NCBI GenBank assembly: GCA_963732765.1
Contig: CAVTAS010000008.1
Coordinates: forward strand, 780,311-844,310
Length of the DNA stretch: 64,000 nucleotides
Direction of reading: 5' to 3'
Source of the DNA: an uncultured Alphaproteobacteria bacterium
Lineage (GTDB): Bacteria; Pseudomonadota; Alphaproteobacteria; Rhizobiales; Hyphomicrobiaceae
The stretch's first letter is position 1; the number at the start of each line of letters is the position of its first letter. The notes below the pieces were generated by a model that worked only from the letters and a program-made list of their open reading frames with translations, had not been told where the DNA came from and did not search any database. Positions 18,479 through 27,245 of the stretch are shown here, piece by piece. The translations under genes and the position numbers were made by a program.

Positions 18479-18979
18479 CTCGACGAAATCGCTGATCGAA
18501 CAGAGGTGGATGTTCGGGCTATCGTACCATTTGTACGGCAGGCTGCCGGTGACGGGCATCTGGCCATTGGTGAGAAAGCGCAGCCGGATCGCCCAATGGC
18601 CGAAATTCGGCAGCGAGACAATGGCGTGGCGGGCGATGCGTAACAGCTGCTCCATGACAAAGCGCGGATTGCGCGTGGCCTGAATGGTCAGGCTGAGGAT
18701 GGCGTAGTCGAAGGCATTGTCGGGATAGTTGGTGAGATCGGTATCGGCGTCGCCCTGGATCACCGACAGGCCGCGCGCCACGCAGTGGTTCACGCCCTCG
18801 CGGGAGATCTCGACGCCGCGGCCATCGACATCGCGGGTTTCGGCCAGCAGTTCCAGCAGATCGCCATCGCCGCAGCCGACGTCGAGCACACGGGCCTTGC
18901 GTGCCACCATCTCGGCGATCAGCAGGTGGTCGACGCGCTGTTTTTTCCGGCTGGCGGGGAGTGTTCCGTGCACGGTCAA
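18314..18979 (-). CDS. metW: Methionine biosynthesis protein MetW
   Basis: [15 protein letters not shown]... Lies downstream of metX with a 4-nt overlap. Confidence 0.85.
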   Translation of the reverse strand: MTVHGTLPASRKKQRVDHLLIAEMVARKARVLDVGCGDGDLLELLAETRDVDGRGVEISREGVNHCVARGLSVIQGDADTDLTNYPDNAFDYAILSLTIQATRNPRFVMEQLLRIARHAIVSLPNFGHWAIRLRFLTNGQMPVTGSLPYKWYDSPNIHLCSISDFVELCDLIDARIERRVALDSAGQRLGLGIPPMLQNLLGTQAVFLMTRRVTLGSGDSV

Positions 18980-20253
18980 ACCGCTCCTGCCTTGGGGGCG
19001 GGCAAGCCGCGCCGCCGCGCTGCCGCGTTGAGGAAGCCCGAAACCGTCGCCAGGAACTCCGGCTCATTGAGCAGGAAGGCGTCGTGGCCCTTGTCGCTTT
19101 CGATTTCCACAAAGCTGACGTTGGCTGCTACGGCGTTGAGGGCCTGCACGATCTGGCGGCTTTCGCGGGTCGGATACAGCCAGTCGCCGGTGAACGACAC
19201 CACGCAAAAGCGCGTCTGCGTGCCGGTCAGCGCGTTGGCCAGCTTGCCATCGAACTCGGCCGGCAGGTCGAAGTAGTCCATGGCGCGCGTGATGTAGAGG
19301 TAGGAGTTGGGATCGAAGCGGTCGACGAAGCCAAAGCCCTGGTGGCGCAAATAGCTCTCGACTTGGAAATCGGCATCGAACGAGAAGGTTTTCACCTCAC
19401 GCGCCTGCAGGTTGCGCCCGAACTTGCGGTGCAGCGCTTCCTCGGACAGATAGGTGATGTGCGCGGCCATGCGCGCTACGGCGAGGCCTTTGCGGGGTGT
19501 TGCGCCCTCTTCCAGGTAGCGCCCGCGCCGCCAATCGGGGTCTGCCATGACGGCCTGGCGGCCCACCTCATGGAACGCGATGTTCTGTGAGGAGTGGCGT
19601 GCAGCGGTCGCGATGGGCACAGCCGTAAACACGCGATCGCGGTACTTCGCCGCCCAATCGAGCACCTGCATGCCGCCCATCGAGCCGCCAATAACGCAGA
19701 ACAGGTCCTTGATGCCGAGGTAATCGATCAGCCGCACCTGCGCCCGCACCATGTCGGCGATAGTGATAACCGGGAAATCCAGCCCATATGGCTTGCCGGT
19801 TTTCGGGTTGAGCGAGGCCGGCCCCGAGGAGCCCATGCAACCGCCCAGGATGTTCGACGAGATGACGAAGTAGCGGTCGGTATCCACCGGTTTGCCGGGG
19901 CCGATCATGGTCGTCCACCAGCCCTCGCGGCCGGTTACTGGATTTTCGGAGGCGCAGTACTGGTCGCCGGTCAGCGCGTGGCAAACCAGCACCGCGTTGG
20001 TCCTGGGGGCGTTCAGCGTGCCGTAGGTCTTGTAGGCGATGGAAAACGGCCCGAGCGTCACGCCGCAGTCGAGCTGCAGCGGCCTGTCTTCAGGGAACGT
20101 AACGACCTCTCCCTCGCCGGGCAGCGGCGCCGAGCCATCCATCGGCCGGTCGCGCAGGGTCGTGCGCACGCCCTCGGCCACCACGTCCGGCCCGAGACTT
20201 GCCTGATCCTGACCCGCCAATTCCGTTCCGGCCTCCAAAGCAGTTGCGCCAGC
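18976..20253 (-). CDS. metX: Homoserine O-acetyltransferase
   Basis: ...GGSMGGMQ... alpha/beta-hydrolase nucleophile, full MetX profile. The track ORF extends to 20571 through a repeat element; the real start is the ATG at 20253 ([12 protein letters not shown]...). Confidence 0.85.
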   Translation of the reverse strand, partial: AGATALEAGTELAGQDQASLGPDVVAEGVRTTLRDRPMDGSAPLPGEGEVVTFPEDRPLQLDCGVTLGPFSIAYKTYGTLNAPRTNAVLVCHALTGDQYCASENPVTGREGWWTTMIGPGKPVDTDRYFVISSNILGGCMGSSGPASLNPKTGKPYGLDFPVITIADMVRAQVRLIDYLGIKDLFCVIGGSMGGMQVLDWAAKYRDRVFTAVPIATAARHSSQNIAFHEVGRQAVMADPDWRRGRYLEEGATPRKGLAVARMAAHITYLSEEALHRKFGRNLQAREVKTFSFDADFQVESYLRHQGFGFVDRFDPNSYLYITRAMDYFDLPAEFDGKLANALTGTQTRFCVVSFTGDWLYPTRESRQIVQALNAVAANVSFVEIESDKGHDAFLLNEPEFLATVSGFLNAAARRRGLPAPKAGAV

Positions 20254-20313
20254 GCTGTTCATGGCGGACGGGGGGGCGTTGTCAATAGGAGAGGTTGGCG
20301 AAATTCGCTCTGA

Positions 20314-20550
20314 CTCTCCTCTCCCCTTCGCCGCTTTTTTCGGCGAAGGGGAGAGGAGGCCGCGTCTCGCAGCGCGTTTCAGCGCAAGAGCCACGCGGCC
20401 GGTGAGGGGCAGCAGCTTGCACCGATCCTCGAGCCACGGTTGCGGAGCAAGCGGCCGCCCCTCACCTGTCGCTGATTCCTTCGCGCTGCCGCGCTCAGGG
20501 CGACATCCTCTCCCCTTCGCCGAAAAAAGCGGCGAAGGGGAGAGGAGGGC
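20314..20550. repeat. Hairpin-capped palindromic element, family B (terminal hairpins CTCTCCCCTTCGCC-loop-GGCGAAGGGGAGAGG plus a central CCTCACCTGTCGC/…CGGTGAGGGGC palindrome), copy 1
   Basis: The same ~225-bp architecture recurs at 27012-27237 and 33753-33968, with a variant at 35551-35687. Confidence 0.7.
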
Positions 20551-20635
20551 TCTGCCGCCGTTGAAACACATCAGTCAATACGACTACAACGGTCTGCAAT
20601 AGGTAAGACGTTTTACGTTGAAGGATCTCCACCCC

Positions 20636-21571
20636 ATGCCTACCCCGATGTTTCGCCATGTCGCCCTGATCGGGATCGGGTTGATCGGCTCGTCGCTCAG
20701 CCATGCCATGCGGCGCAAGGGGCTGGCCGGGCGCATCACCGGGCATGCGCGATCTCCCGAGACACGTGCCAAGGCGCTCGAGCTGGGCTTGATCCACGAG
20801 GCCTTCGCGACACCCGCCGAGGCCGTCAAGGGGGCCGATCTGGTCATCCTGTGCGTGCCGGTCGGCGCTTGTGGGGCGGTGGCGGCGGAAATTTCCGGTT
20901 CGCTCGCATCTGGCGCCATCGTCACCGATGTCGGCTCGGTCAAAGGGTGCATCCTGCGCGACGTGTCGCCCCACATTCCCGCCGGTGTGCAGTTTATCCC
21001 CGGACATCCCATTGCGGGAACCGAATACTCCGGCCCCGAATCCGGTTTCGCGACCCTGTTCGACGGCCGCTGGTGTATTCTCACGCCGCCGCCCGAGGCC
21101 GTGCCCGAAGCCGTCGCCAAGTTGAAGACTTTCTGGGAGGCCTGCGGCTCGAACGTCGAGATCATGACCGCCGCCCATCACGACGTGGTGCTCGCCATTA
21201 CCAGTCACTTGCCGCATCTGATCGCCTACAATATCGTGGGGACGGCGGACGATCTGCAGACGGTGACGCAGTCCGAGGTGATCAAATTTTCGGCCAGCGG
21301 CTTCCGCGATTTCACCCGCATTGCCGCCTCCGACCCGATCATGTGGCGCGATGTGTTCCTCAACAACAAGGACGCGGTGCTGGAAATGCTCGGCCGTTTC
21401 AACGAGGATCTGGCGCAATTGCAGCGCGCCATCCGCTGGGGCGACGGCGATGCGCTACAGGCGTTTTTCACCCGCACGCGCGCCATCCGCAAGAGTATCA
21501 TCACCGCGGGCCAGGACACCGCCGCTCCCGATTTCGGCCGCAGTGGGCAGCCGGCGCAGCTCAAGAAATGA
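20636..21571 (+). CDS. tyrC: Prephenate/arogenate (cyclohexadienyl) dehydrogenase
   Basis: ...VALIGIGLIGSSLSHA... Rossmann motif with a TyrA-family profile. Possible starts: TTG 20618, ATG 20636 or ATG 20648. Confidence 0.8.
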   Translation: MPTPMFRHVALIGIGLIGSSLSHAMRRKGLAGRITGHARSPETRAKALELGLIHEAFATPAEAVKGADLVILCVPVGACGAVAAEISGSLASGAIVTDVGSVKGCILRDVSPHIPAGVQFIPGHPIAGTEYSGPESGFATLFDGRWCILTPPPEAVPEAVAKLKTFWEACGSNVEIMTAAHHDVVLAITSHLPHLIAYNIVGTADDLQTVTQSEVIKFSASGFRDFTRIAASDPIMWRDVFLNNKDAVLEMLGRFNEDLAQLQRAIRWGDGDALQAFFTRTRAIRKSIITAGQDTAAPDFGRSGQPAQLKK

Positions 21572-22200
21572 GCGCTTCCGATCTCTGGGTGTTCGGCTAC
21601 GGCTCGCTGATGTGGAAGCCGGGGTTTCCATTCGTCGAGCAGCACCGGGCCGTGCTGAGCGGTTTTCACCGGGCGTTGTGCATCTATTCGGTGCGCTATC
21701 GCGGCACGTCAAAGCATCCGGGATTGGTGTTTGGCTTGGACGCTGGCGGCGCGTGCGAGGGGATGGCGTTTCGTGTCCCAGCGGCGCAGGTGGCTGCAAC
21801 TGTCGACTATTTGCGCGACCGCGAGCAGGTGACGGGCGTCTACCGAGCTGAGATGCGGACATTGCGACTAGCGGGAGCAGACCCGCAGATCGTCCGCGCC
21901 TTGGCCTTTATTGCTAATCCCTATGCGCGCCAATATGCCGGCAGCCTGCCGGTCGCCACGCAAACCCGGATTGTGCTGGCCAGCCGCGGCGTCTCGGGGC
22001 CGAACGCCGAGTATGTGCGCAACACCGCCGCCCATCTGCGCGAGATCGGCATTCGCGACCGGACGATTGAACAGGTGGTTTCCATGTTGGGGGCGGCGGG
22101 ACGAAACGGCGCACTGTTGCCCTATCCGCGGCACCTGGCGCCACGCCTGCCGAGCGACCGGGCGCTGCGCAGCGGATATCAGAGAAATATACGTATCTGA
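21567..22200 (+). CDS. ChaC-like gamma-glutamylcyclotransferase
   Basis: MSASDLWVFGYGSLMWKPGFPF... ChaC/GGCT signature. Its ATG overlaps the tyrC stop. Confidence 0.75.
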
Positions 22201-22304
22201 GTGGGCGTGGTAAGTTTCGCGCTGGCTGCACGTAGACACCATCGGGGGCGACCTCTTGGCTGCCACAGCTGTGCTCAAGTACAAGGCCTTCCTGTCCTAC
22301 AGCC

Positions 22305-24461
22305 ATGCCGAACTCGCAGCGCGGCCGGCGGCTGCATCGCCAGCTTGAGGCCTATCGCATCGATCGCGATCTGGCCGGCCGTGTCACCGCCATGGGCGAG
22401 GTGCCGCGCCAGCTGCGTCCGATTTTCCGCGATCGCGACGAGTTCGCGGCCGGGGCGACGCTAACCGAGCAAACCATCGCGGCGCTCGATGCCTCGTCTG
22501 CGCTGGTGGTGCTGTGTACGCCATCATCGGCCAGAAGCGCCTATGTGAACAACGAGATCCGCCTGTTCCGCTCGCGCCATCCGGACCGCCCGGTGGTGCC
22601 GGTGATCGCGGCCGGGCAGCCCGATCATCCGATGGAGGAATGCTTTCCACCGGCCCTGCGCTTCGAGGTGACGCCGGACGGCGAAGTCAGTAACCGGCCG
22701 GTAGCTGTGCTGGCCGCCGATCTGCGCGATGTTGGCGATGGCGAGCAGCTGACGCTGGCCAAGGTGGTTGCGCGCCTCACGGGCTTCAGTACCGACGAGA
22801 TTTTCCGGCGCGAGCAACGTGCACAGCGCAAGCGGTTGCGCAATTGGATCGCTGGGCTATCGGTGGTGGCGCTGGGACTGGCCGGGCTTGCCGTCTGGGC
22901 CGAGATCAACCGCCGCGAGGCGGTGCATCAACGCGAGACAGCCGAGCGCAATTTCGCCATCGCCAAGCAGGGCGCCGACGGCCTGATTTTCCAGATCGCT
23001 CAGTCGCTGCGTAACGAAGAGGGCATGCGCACCGAGACTGTGCGCAAGATCCTCGGCGCGTCGGAAACCGTAATCGGCGAACTGGTCAAGAGTTCCGGCG
23101 AGAATTTCGATCTGCGCCGCAGCCAGGCCGCCATGCTGCTGGAGTTCGCCGACACCTATGCGTCCCAGGGCGACACCGCCCGTCAGGCTGAAGCGATCAG
23201 CAGCGGACTGACAATCATGCAGCGCCTGGTGGCGGCCGATCCCGCAAATGCCGGCTGGCGCAGCGATCTGGCGATAGCCCAGGCGAAGATGGGCGATCTG
23301 CACCTATTCCGGGGTGAGCGGTCCGAGGCGTTGACGTCCTACCGCACCAGCCTTGCCACGGTAGCAGGCCTTGCTGCCGCCGATCCTTCCGATGGCCAAT
23401 TGCAGCATCAACTGGCCGGCGCACACGACCGGGTGGCCAACATACTGCTGCAGCAGAGCCAGCGCGGCGAGGCGCGCCAAGAGTACGAGCAAAGCCGAAC
23501 CATCCTTGAACGCCTGAATTCGGCTGTTAATCCGACCGTCGTCTGGCAGCGCGATCTTGCGGTCGCCTATCAGAAGCTCGGCGAGATGCTTCAGGGCGAC
23601 AAGCAGTTTGCGGGTGCGATCACTCAGTACCGCAAGGGACTCGCAACCTTCCAGCGCCTATCGGCGGACGACCCCAGCAACGCGCGCTGGCAGCACGATG
23701 TCGCCAGCTCCCGCAGCAAGCTGGGTGACGTGCTCGACGCCGATGGCCAGAAAACGGAGGCGTCGCAGCAGTTCCAGGCTAGTTTTGAAGCGCTGCAAAA
23801 GCTCGTGACATCCGATCCGACAAACACCGACCGCCAGTTCGATCTCTCGGTGGCCCGTGAGCGGCTGGCCGGGGCCGCACTCGATAACGGCGACAAAGTC
23901 AAAGCGTTGAAACTGTTTCGCGACAACCTCGCTGCGATTATGCCGTTACGCGACCGCGACCCCAAGAACGTCATGTTTCAACGCTCGGTCGGATTCGCGC
24001 TGCGCCGGCAGGGCGAGATTCTGGTGTCGGCAGGCAACACCGCCGCAGCTCGCAAGAGCATAGAGGACAGTCTCGCGATCGCCCGGGTGCTCGTCAGCGT
24101 CGACCACGCCAATGTGCGCTGGCAGGAAGATCTGGCGCTGGTGTTGAATGAGCTGGCGCCGTTGCAGGCTGGCGCCGGGGACGCAGAGGGAGCGCTGGCG
24201 AGCCTGCGTGAGAGCCTCGCTGTCGCCGAGCGTCTGGCCAAGACCGAACCGCAGGATGCCGACCGGCAAGGCACGCTCGCGACCAGCTATGCGTCCCTCG
24301 GCGTGCAGCTGATTACGATGGGCCGCAGCGACGAAGGGCTAGCCATGATGAAGAAGGCAAAGGCCGCCGGGGCGGTGAAAACTGCTAAGGCGCCGGACGA
24401 TGCCAAGTTCAAGACGTTCGCCGACAAAGTCGAGAGCATCTTGCAGCTGATGGAGCCCTAG
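22305..24461 (+). CDS. TIR-domain / single-TM / TPR-repeat protein. The first beta-strand of the TIR domain (…KYKAFLSYSHAE) is encoded in another frame from about 22271, so there is an apparent frameshift.
   Basis: TIR-like block: RRLHRQLEAYRI…IFRDRDEFAAGATLTEQTIAALDASSALVVLCTPSSARSAYVNNEIRLF. Then RKRLRN-WIAGLSVVALGLAGLAVWAEI (TM, positive-inside). Then at least 8 tandem ~42-aa repeats of the DPxNxxWQxDLAxAxxKLGD type. Confidence 0.7.
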   Translation: MPNSQRGRRLHRQLEAYRIDRDLAGRVTAMGEVPRQLRPIFRDRDEFAAGATLTEQTIAALDASSALVVLCTPSSARSAYVNNEIRLFRSRHPDRPVVPVIAAGQPDHPMEECFPPALRFEVTPDGEVSNRPVAVLAADLRDVGDGEQLTLAKVVARLTGFSTDEIFRREQRAQRKRLRNWIAGLSVVALGLAGLAVWAEINRREAVHQRETAERNFAIAKQGADGLIFQIAQSLRNEEGMRTETVRKILGASETVIGELVKSSGENFDLRRSQAAMLLEFADTYASQGDTARQAEAISSGLTIMQRLVAADPANAGWRSDLAIAQAKMGDLHLFRGERSEALTSYRTSLATVAGLAAADPSDGQLQHQLAGAHDRVANILLQQSQRGEARQEYEQSRTILERLNSAVNPTVVWQRDLAVAYQKLGEMLQGDKQFAGAITQYRKGLATFQRLSADDPSNARWQHDVASSRSKLGDVLDADGQKTEASQQFQASFEALQKLVTSDPTNTDRQFDLSVARERLAGAALDNGDKVKALKLFRDNLAAIMPLRDRDPKNVMFQRSVGFALRRQGEILVSAGNTAAARKSIEDSLAIARVLVSVDHANVRWQEDLALVLNELAPLQAGAGDAEGALASLRESLAVAERLAKTEPQDADRQGTLATSYASLGVQLITMGRSDEGLAMMKKAKAAGAVKTAKAPDDAKFKTFADKVESILQLMEP

Positions 24462-24751
24462 CCCGCGTCGCTGTCCTCGCCGAACCCGCATTCCACCAGC
24501 CCGCGCAGCGCCGTCAGCACCGCTTCGGCCTGGCGGCCCTTGGCCTCTATGCGGATGGTGGTGCCTGGACCTGCCGCCAGCATCATCAGCCCCATAATGC
24601 TCGTGCCGCCCACCGACTGCCCGTCCTTGGTCACGGTCACGGCCGCATCGTATTCCTCCGCACAGCGTACGAATTTGGCGGACGCGCGGGCGTGCAGGCC
24701 CTTCTTGTTGCAGACCGTAACGTCAGCTCCGTGGACGGCCAGGTCCGACAT
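24458..24751 (-). CDS. HPr-family phosphocarrier protein (NPr/PtsH-like)
   Basis: ...KKGLHARASAKFV...GTSIMGLMML... Convergent 4-nt overlap with the TIR-TPR gene. Confidence 0.8.
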   Translation of the reverse strand: MSDLAVHGADVTVCNKKGLHARASAKFVRCAEEYDAAVTVTKDGQSVGGTSIMGLMMLAAGPGTTIRIEAKGRQAEAVLTALRGLVECGFGEDSDAG

Positions 24752-25155
24752 TATGAATTGCCCGAGAGCAGGTGGCTGGCCACGGAAATGTACTTCCGCC
24801 CCGCGTCCTTGGCCTGATTGATGGCCTCAGCCAGCGGCAGTTCGTTGCGGATGGTGGCCAGCTTGATCAGCATCGGCAGGTTGATGCCGCAGATGACCTC
24901 GATCTTGGCGTCTTCCATCACCGAAATGGCGAGGTTGCTTGGCGTGCCGCCGAACATATCGGTGAGCACGGCGACGCCATCGCCCTTCTCCACCCGGCCG
25001 ACCGATTGCAGGATTTCCTCCCGCCGCATCTCCATGTCGTCTTCCGGGCCTATCGACACGGTTTCGATTTGTGTCTGCGGTCCAACGACATGCTCCAGCG
25101 CAGCGCGGAATTCCGTCGCCAAGCCGCCATGTGTGACAATCACGAGCCCGATCAT
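24751..25155 (-). CDS. PTS EIIA component, mannose/fructose family
   Basis: MIGLVIVTHGGLATEF...LTDMFGGTPSN... Confidence 0.8.
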   Translation of the reverse strand: MIGLVIVTHGGLATEFRAALEHVVGPQTQIETVSIGPEDDMEMRREEILQSVGRVEKGDGVAVLTDMFGGTPSNLAISVMEDAKIEVICGINLPMLIKLATIRNELPLAEAINQAKDAGRKYISVASHLLSGNS

Positions 25156-25383
25156 GCGTTTATCTTATCCCCAAAGGCCCCAAGCCGACGCAACGGGAGG
25201 ACATATCTAGGCGCGCTCACGGGCACATGCAAGTTGCTGCAGCGCAACAGGGATGGCGAGAGCTACTGTTATGCGCGGCGCCAATCCCAACTCAAAGTCG
25301 ATGCGTATTGTCGGGCGCCATGAGTTCGGCGCATGTTGTCACATAGAGCCAGCGCCAAGCGTGGCCTTATGAGGAGAACGCCA

Positions 25384-27006
25384 ATGGACTGGAACCGGCC
25401 CGAGCTGGTCAAGCGCAAAGCCAATTTCGTACCGCTGACGCCTCTGGGATTTCTGTCGCGGGCGGCGCAGTTCTTTGGAGCGCGCATGGCCATCGTGCAC
25501 GGCGAGCGGCGCATCTCCTACCGCGAGATGGACCAGCGCTGCCGGCGCTTTGCGCATGCGCTGGCAAAGCGCGGGGTCGGGCGAGGCGACACGGTCGCGA
25601 TACTCTCGTTCAACTCGCCGGCCCTGCTGGAGGCGCATTACGCCGTGCCGATGCTGGGGGCGGTGCTCAACCCCATCAACTTCCGGCTCGATGCCGCGAT
25701 CATCGCCTTCACGCTGGAGCACGGCGAGGCCAAGGTGTTGCTGGCCGACCGCGAGTTTCAAGCCACCATCAAGCCGGCGCTGGCGCTGCTGAAGAACCCA
25801 CCGCTGGTGATCGACGTCGCCGACGCCGAAGCGCCCGGTGCGCCCTCGATCGGCGCAATCGAGTATGAGCAGCTACTGGCCGAAGGCGATCCCAGCTTTC
25901 AGCCGCCCGGCATCGAGGACGAATGGGACCCGATCTGCCTGCTCTACACCTCCGGCACCACCGGCAACCCCAAGGGCGTGGTCTACAGCCATCGCGGCGC
26001 GCATCTGGGAGCGCTCGCCAACGCGCACATGCTGCAGATCGATCACAACAGCCGTTACTTGTGGACGCTGCCGATGTTCCACTGCTCGGGCTGGACCTTT
26101 ACCTGGGCGGTGACGGCGGGGGCGGGCACGCATGTGATTTTGCGCAAAGTCGATCCGGCGCGCGTATTCGCGCTGATCGAGGAGCATAAGGTGACGCATA
26201 TGTGCGGCGCGCCGACGGTGCTGAACATGCTGGCGAATGCACCGGCCGAGGTGCGCCGGCCGTTGCCCGGCAAGGTCAAACTCACCACCGGTGGCGCCGC
26301 GCCACCATCCTCCGTGCTCGCTGCAATGGAGGCGCTGGGCTTCGACGTGCAGCACGGTTACGGCCTCACCGAGACTTACGGCCCCTCGACCTTCTGCTAC
26401 CAGATGCCGGAATGGCGCGCTGGCCCCGATCAGGCGCGCTTCGACCTCATGACTCGCCAAGGGCTGCCGTTCGTCGTCACCGAGGACGTCATGGTGGCGG
26501 ACCCTTTGACCATGCAACCAGTGCCGCGCGATGGGGCGACCATCGGCGAGATCATGATGCGCGGGCATGCCGTCATGAAGGGCTATCTCAAGAATGCGGC
26601 GGCAACGGACGAATCCTTCGCGGGCGGCTACTTCCACTCCGGCGATCTGGGCGTGATGTATGCGGACGGTTCAATCGCGGTCAAGGACCGCTCCAAGGAC
26701 GTGATCATTTCGGGCGGCGAGAACATCTCGTCGCTGGAAGTGGAGGAGATCCTGTTCCGGCACCCGAAAGTGTTGGAAGCCGCCGTGGTGGCGCGCCCGG
26801 ATACCCATTGGGGCGAGACGCCCTGCGCGTTCGTCACCTTGAAACCGGGGGTGGAAGCGAACTCCGAGGAGATCATCGCCTTCTGCAGGGACAATATGGC
26901 CAAGTTCAAGGTGCCCAAGCACGTGGTGTTCGGCGCGCTGCCCAAGACCAGCACGGGCAAGGTGCAGAAGTTTGTGCTCCGTGAGCGGACGAAAGAACTG
27001 AAGTAG
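25384..27006 (+). CDS. AMP-dependent acyl-CoA synthetase/ligase
   Basis: LYTSGTTGNPKGV, GYGLTET and SGDLG motifs. ATG at 25384. Confidence 0.8.
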   Translation: MDWNRPELVKRKANFVPLTPLGFLSRAAQFFGARMAIVHGERRISYREMDQRCRRFAHALAKRGVGRGDTVAILSFNSPALLEAHYAVPMLGAVLNPINFRLDAAIIAFTLEHGEAKVLLADREFQATIKPALALLKNPPLVIDVADAEAPGAPSIGAIEYEQLLAEGDPSFQPPGIEDEWDPICLLYTSGTTGNPKGVVYSHRGAHLGALANAHMLQIDHNSRYLWTLPMFHCSGWTFTWAVTAGAGTHVILRKVDPARVFALIEEHKVTHMCGAPTVLNMLANAPAEVRRPLPGKVKLTTGGAAPPSSVLAAMEALGFDVQHGYGLTETYGPSTFCYQMPEWRAGPDQARFDLMTRQGLPFVVTEDVMVADPLTMQPVPRDGATIGEIMMRGHAVMKGYLKNAAATDESFAGGYFHSGDLGVMYADGSIAVKDRSKDVIISGGENISSLEVEEILFRHPKVLEAAVVARPDTHWGETPCAFVTLKPGVEANSEEIIAFCRDNMAKFKVPKHVVFGALPKTSTGKVQKFVLRERTKELK

Positions 27007-27011
27007 GTCCG

Positions 27012-27237
27012 CCCTCTCCCCTTCGCTTTTTCTGCGAAGGGGAGAGGAGACCGCGTCTCGCAGGCGCCATTTTGCGCCAACAGCCACGCGGTCGGTGAAG
27101 GGCAGCAGCTTGTAGCTCTGCCTTTGAGCCCTGTACGGAGCAAGCGGCTGCCCCTCACCTGTCGCTATCTCCCTCGCGCTGACGCGCTTCGGGGCGACAT
27201 CCTCTCCCCTTCGCCGAAGAGGCGAAGGGGAGAGGAG
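27012..27237. repeat. Family B hairpin-capped palindromic element, copy 2
   Basis: CCTCTCCCCTTCGC…GGCGAAGGGGAGAGG termini. High identity to copy 1 internally. Confidence 0.7.
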
Positions 27238-27245
27238 CAGTGCCG

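Noticed and set aside
18976-20571. 531-aa version of metX
   Set aside because: The first roughly 105 codons are the translated family B repeat (…[12 protein letters not shown]…[13 protein letters not shown]…). The real start is the ATG at 20253.
20254-20617. SAM-II (metA-type) riboswitch expected upstream of alphaproteobacterial metX
   Set aside because: I looked on the minus strand of the metX leader for the pseudoknot consensus. Only the family B repeat and non-matching sequence are present. A degenerate riboswitch cannot be excluded without a covariance-model search.
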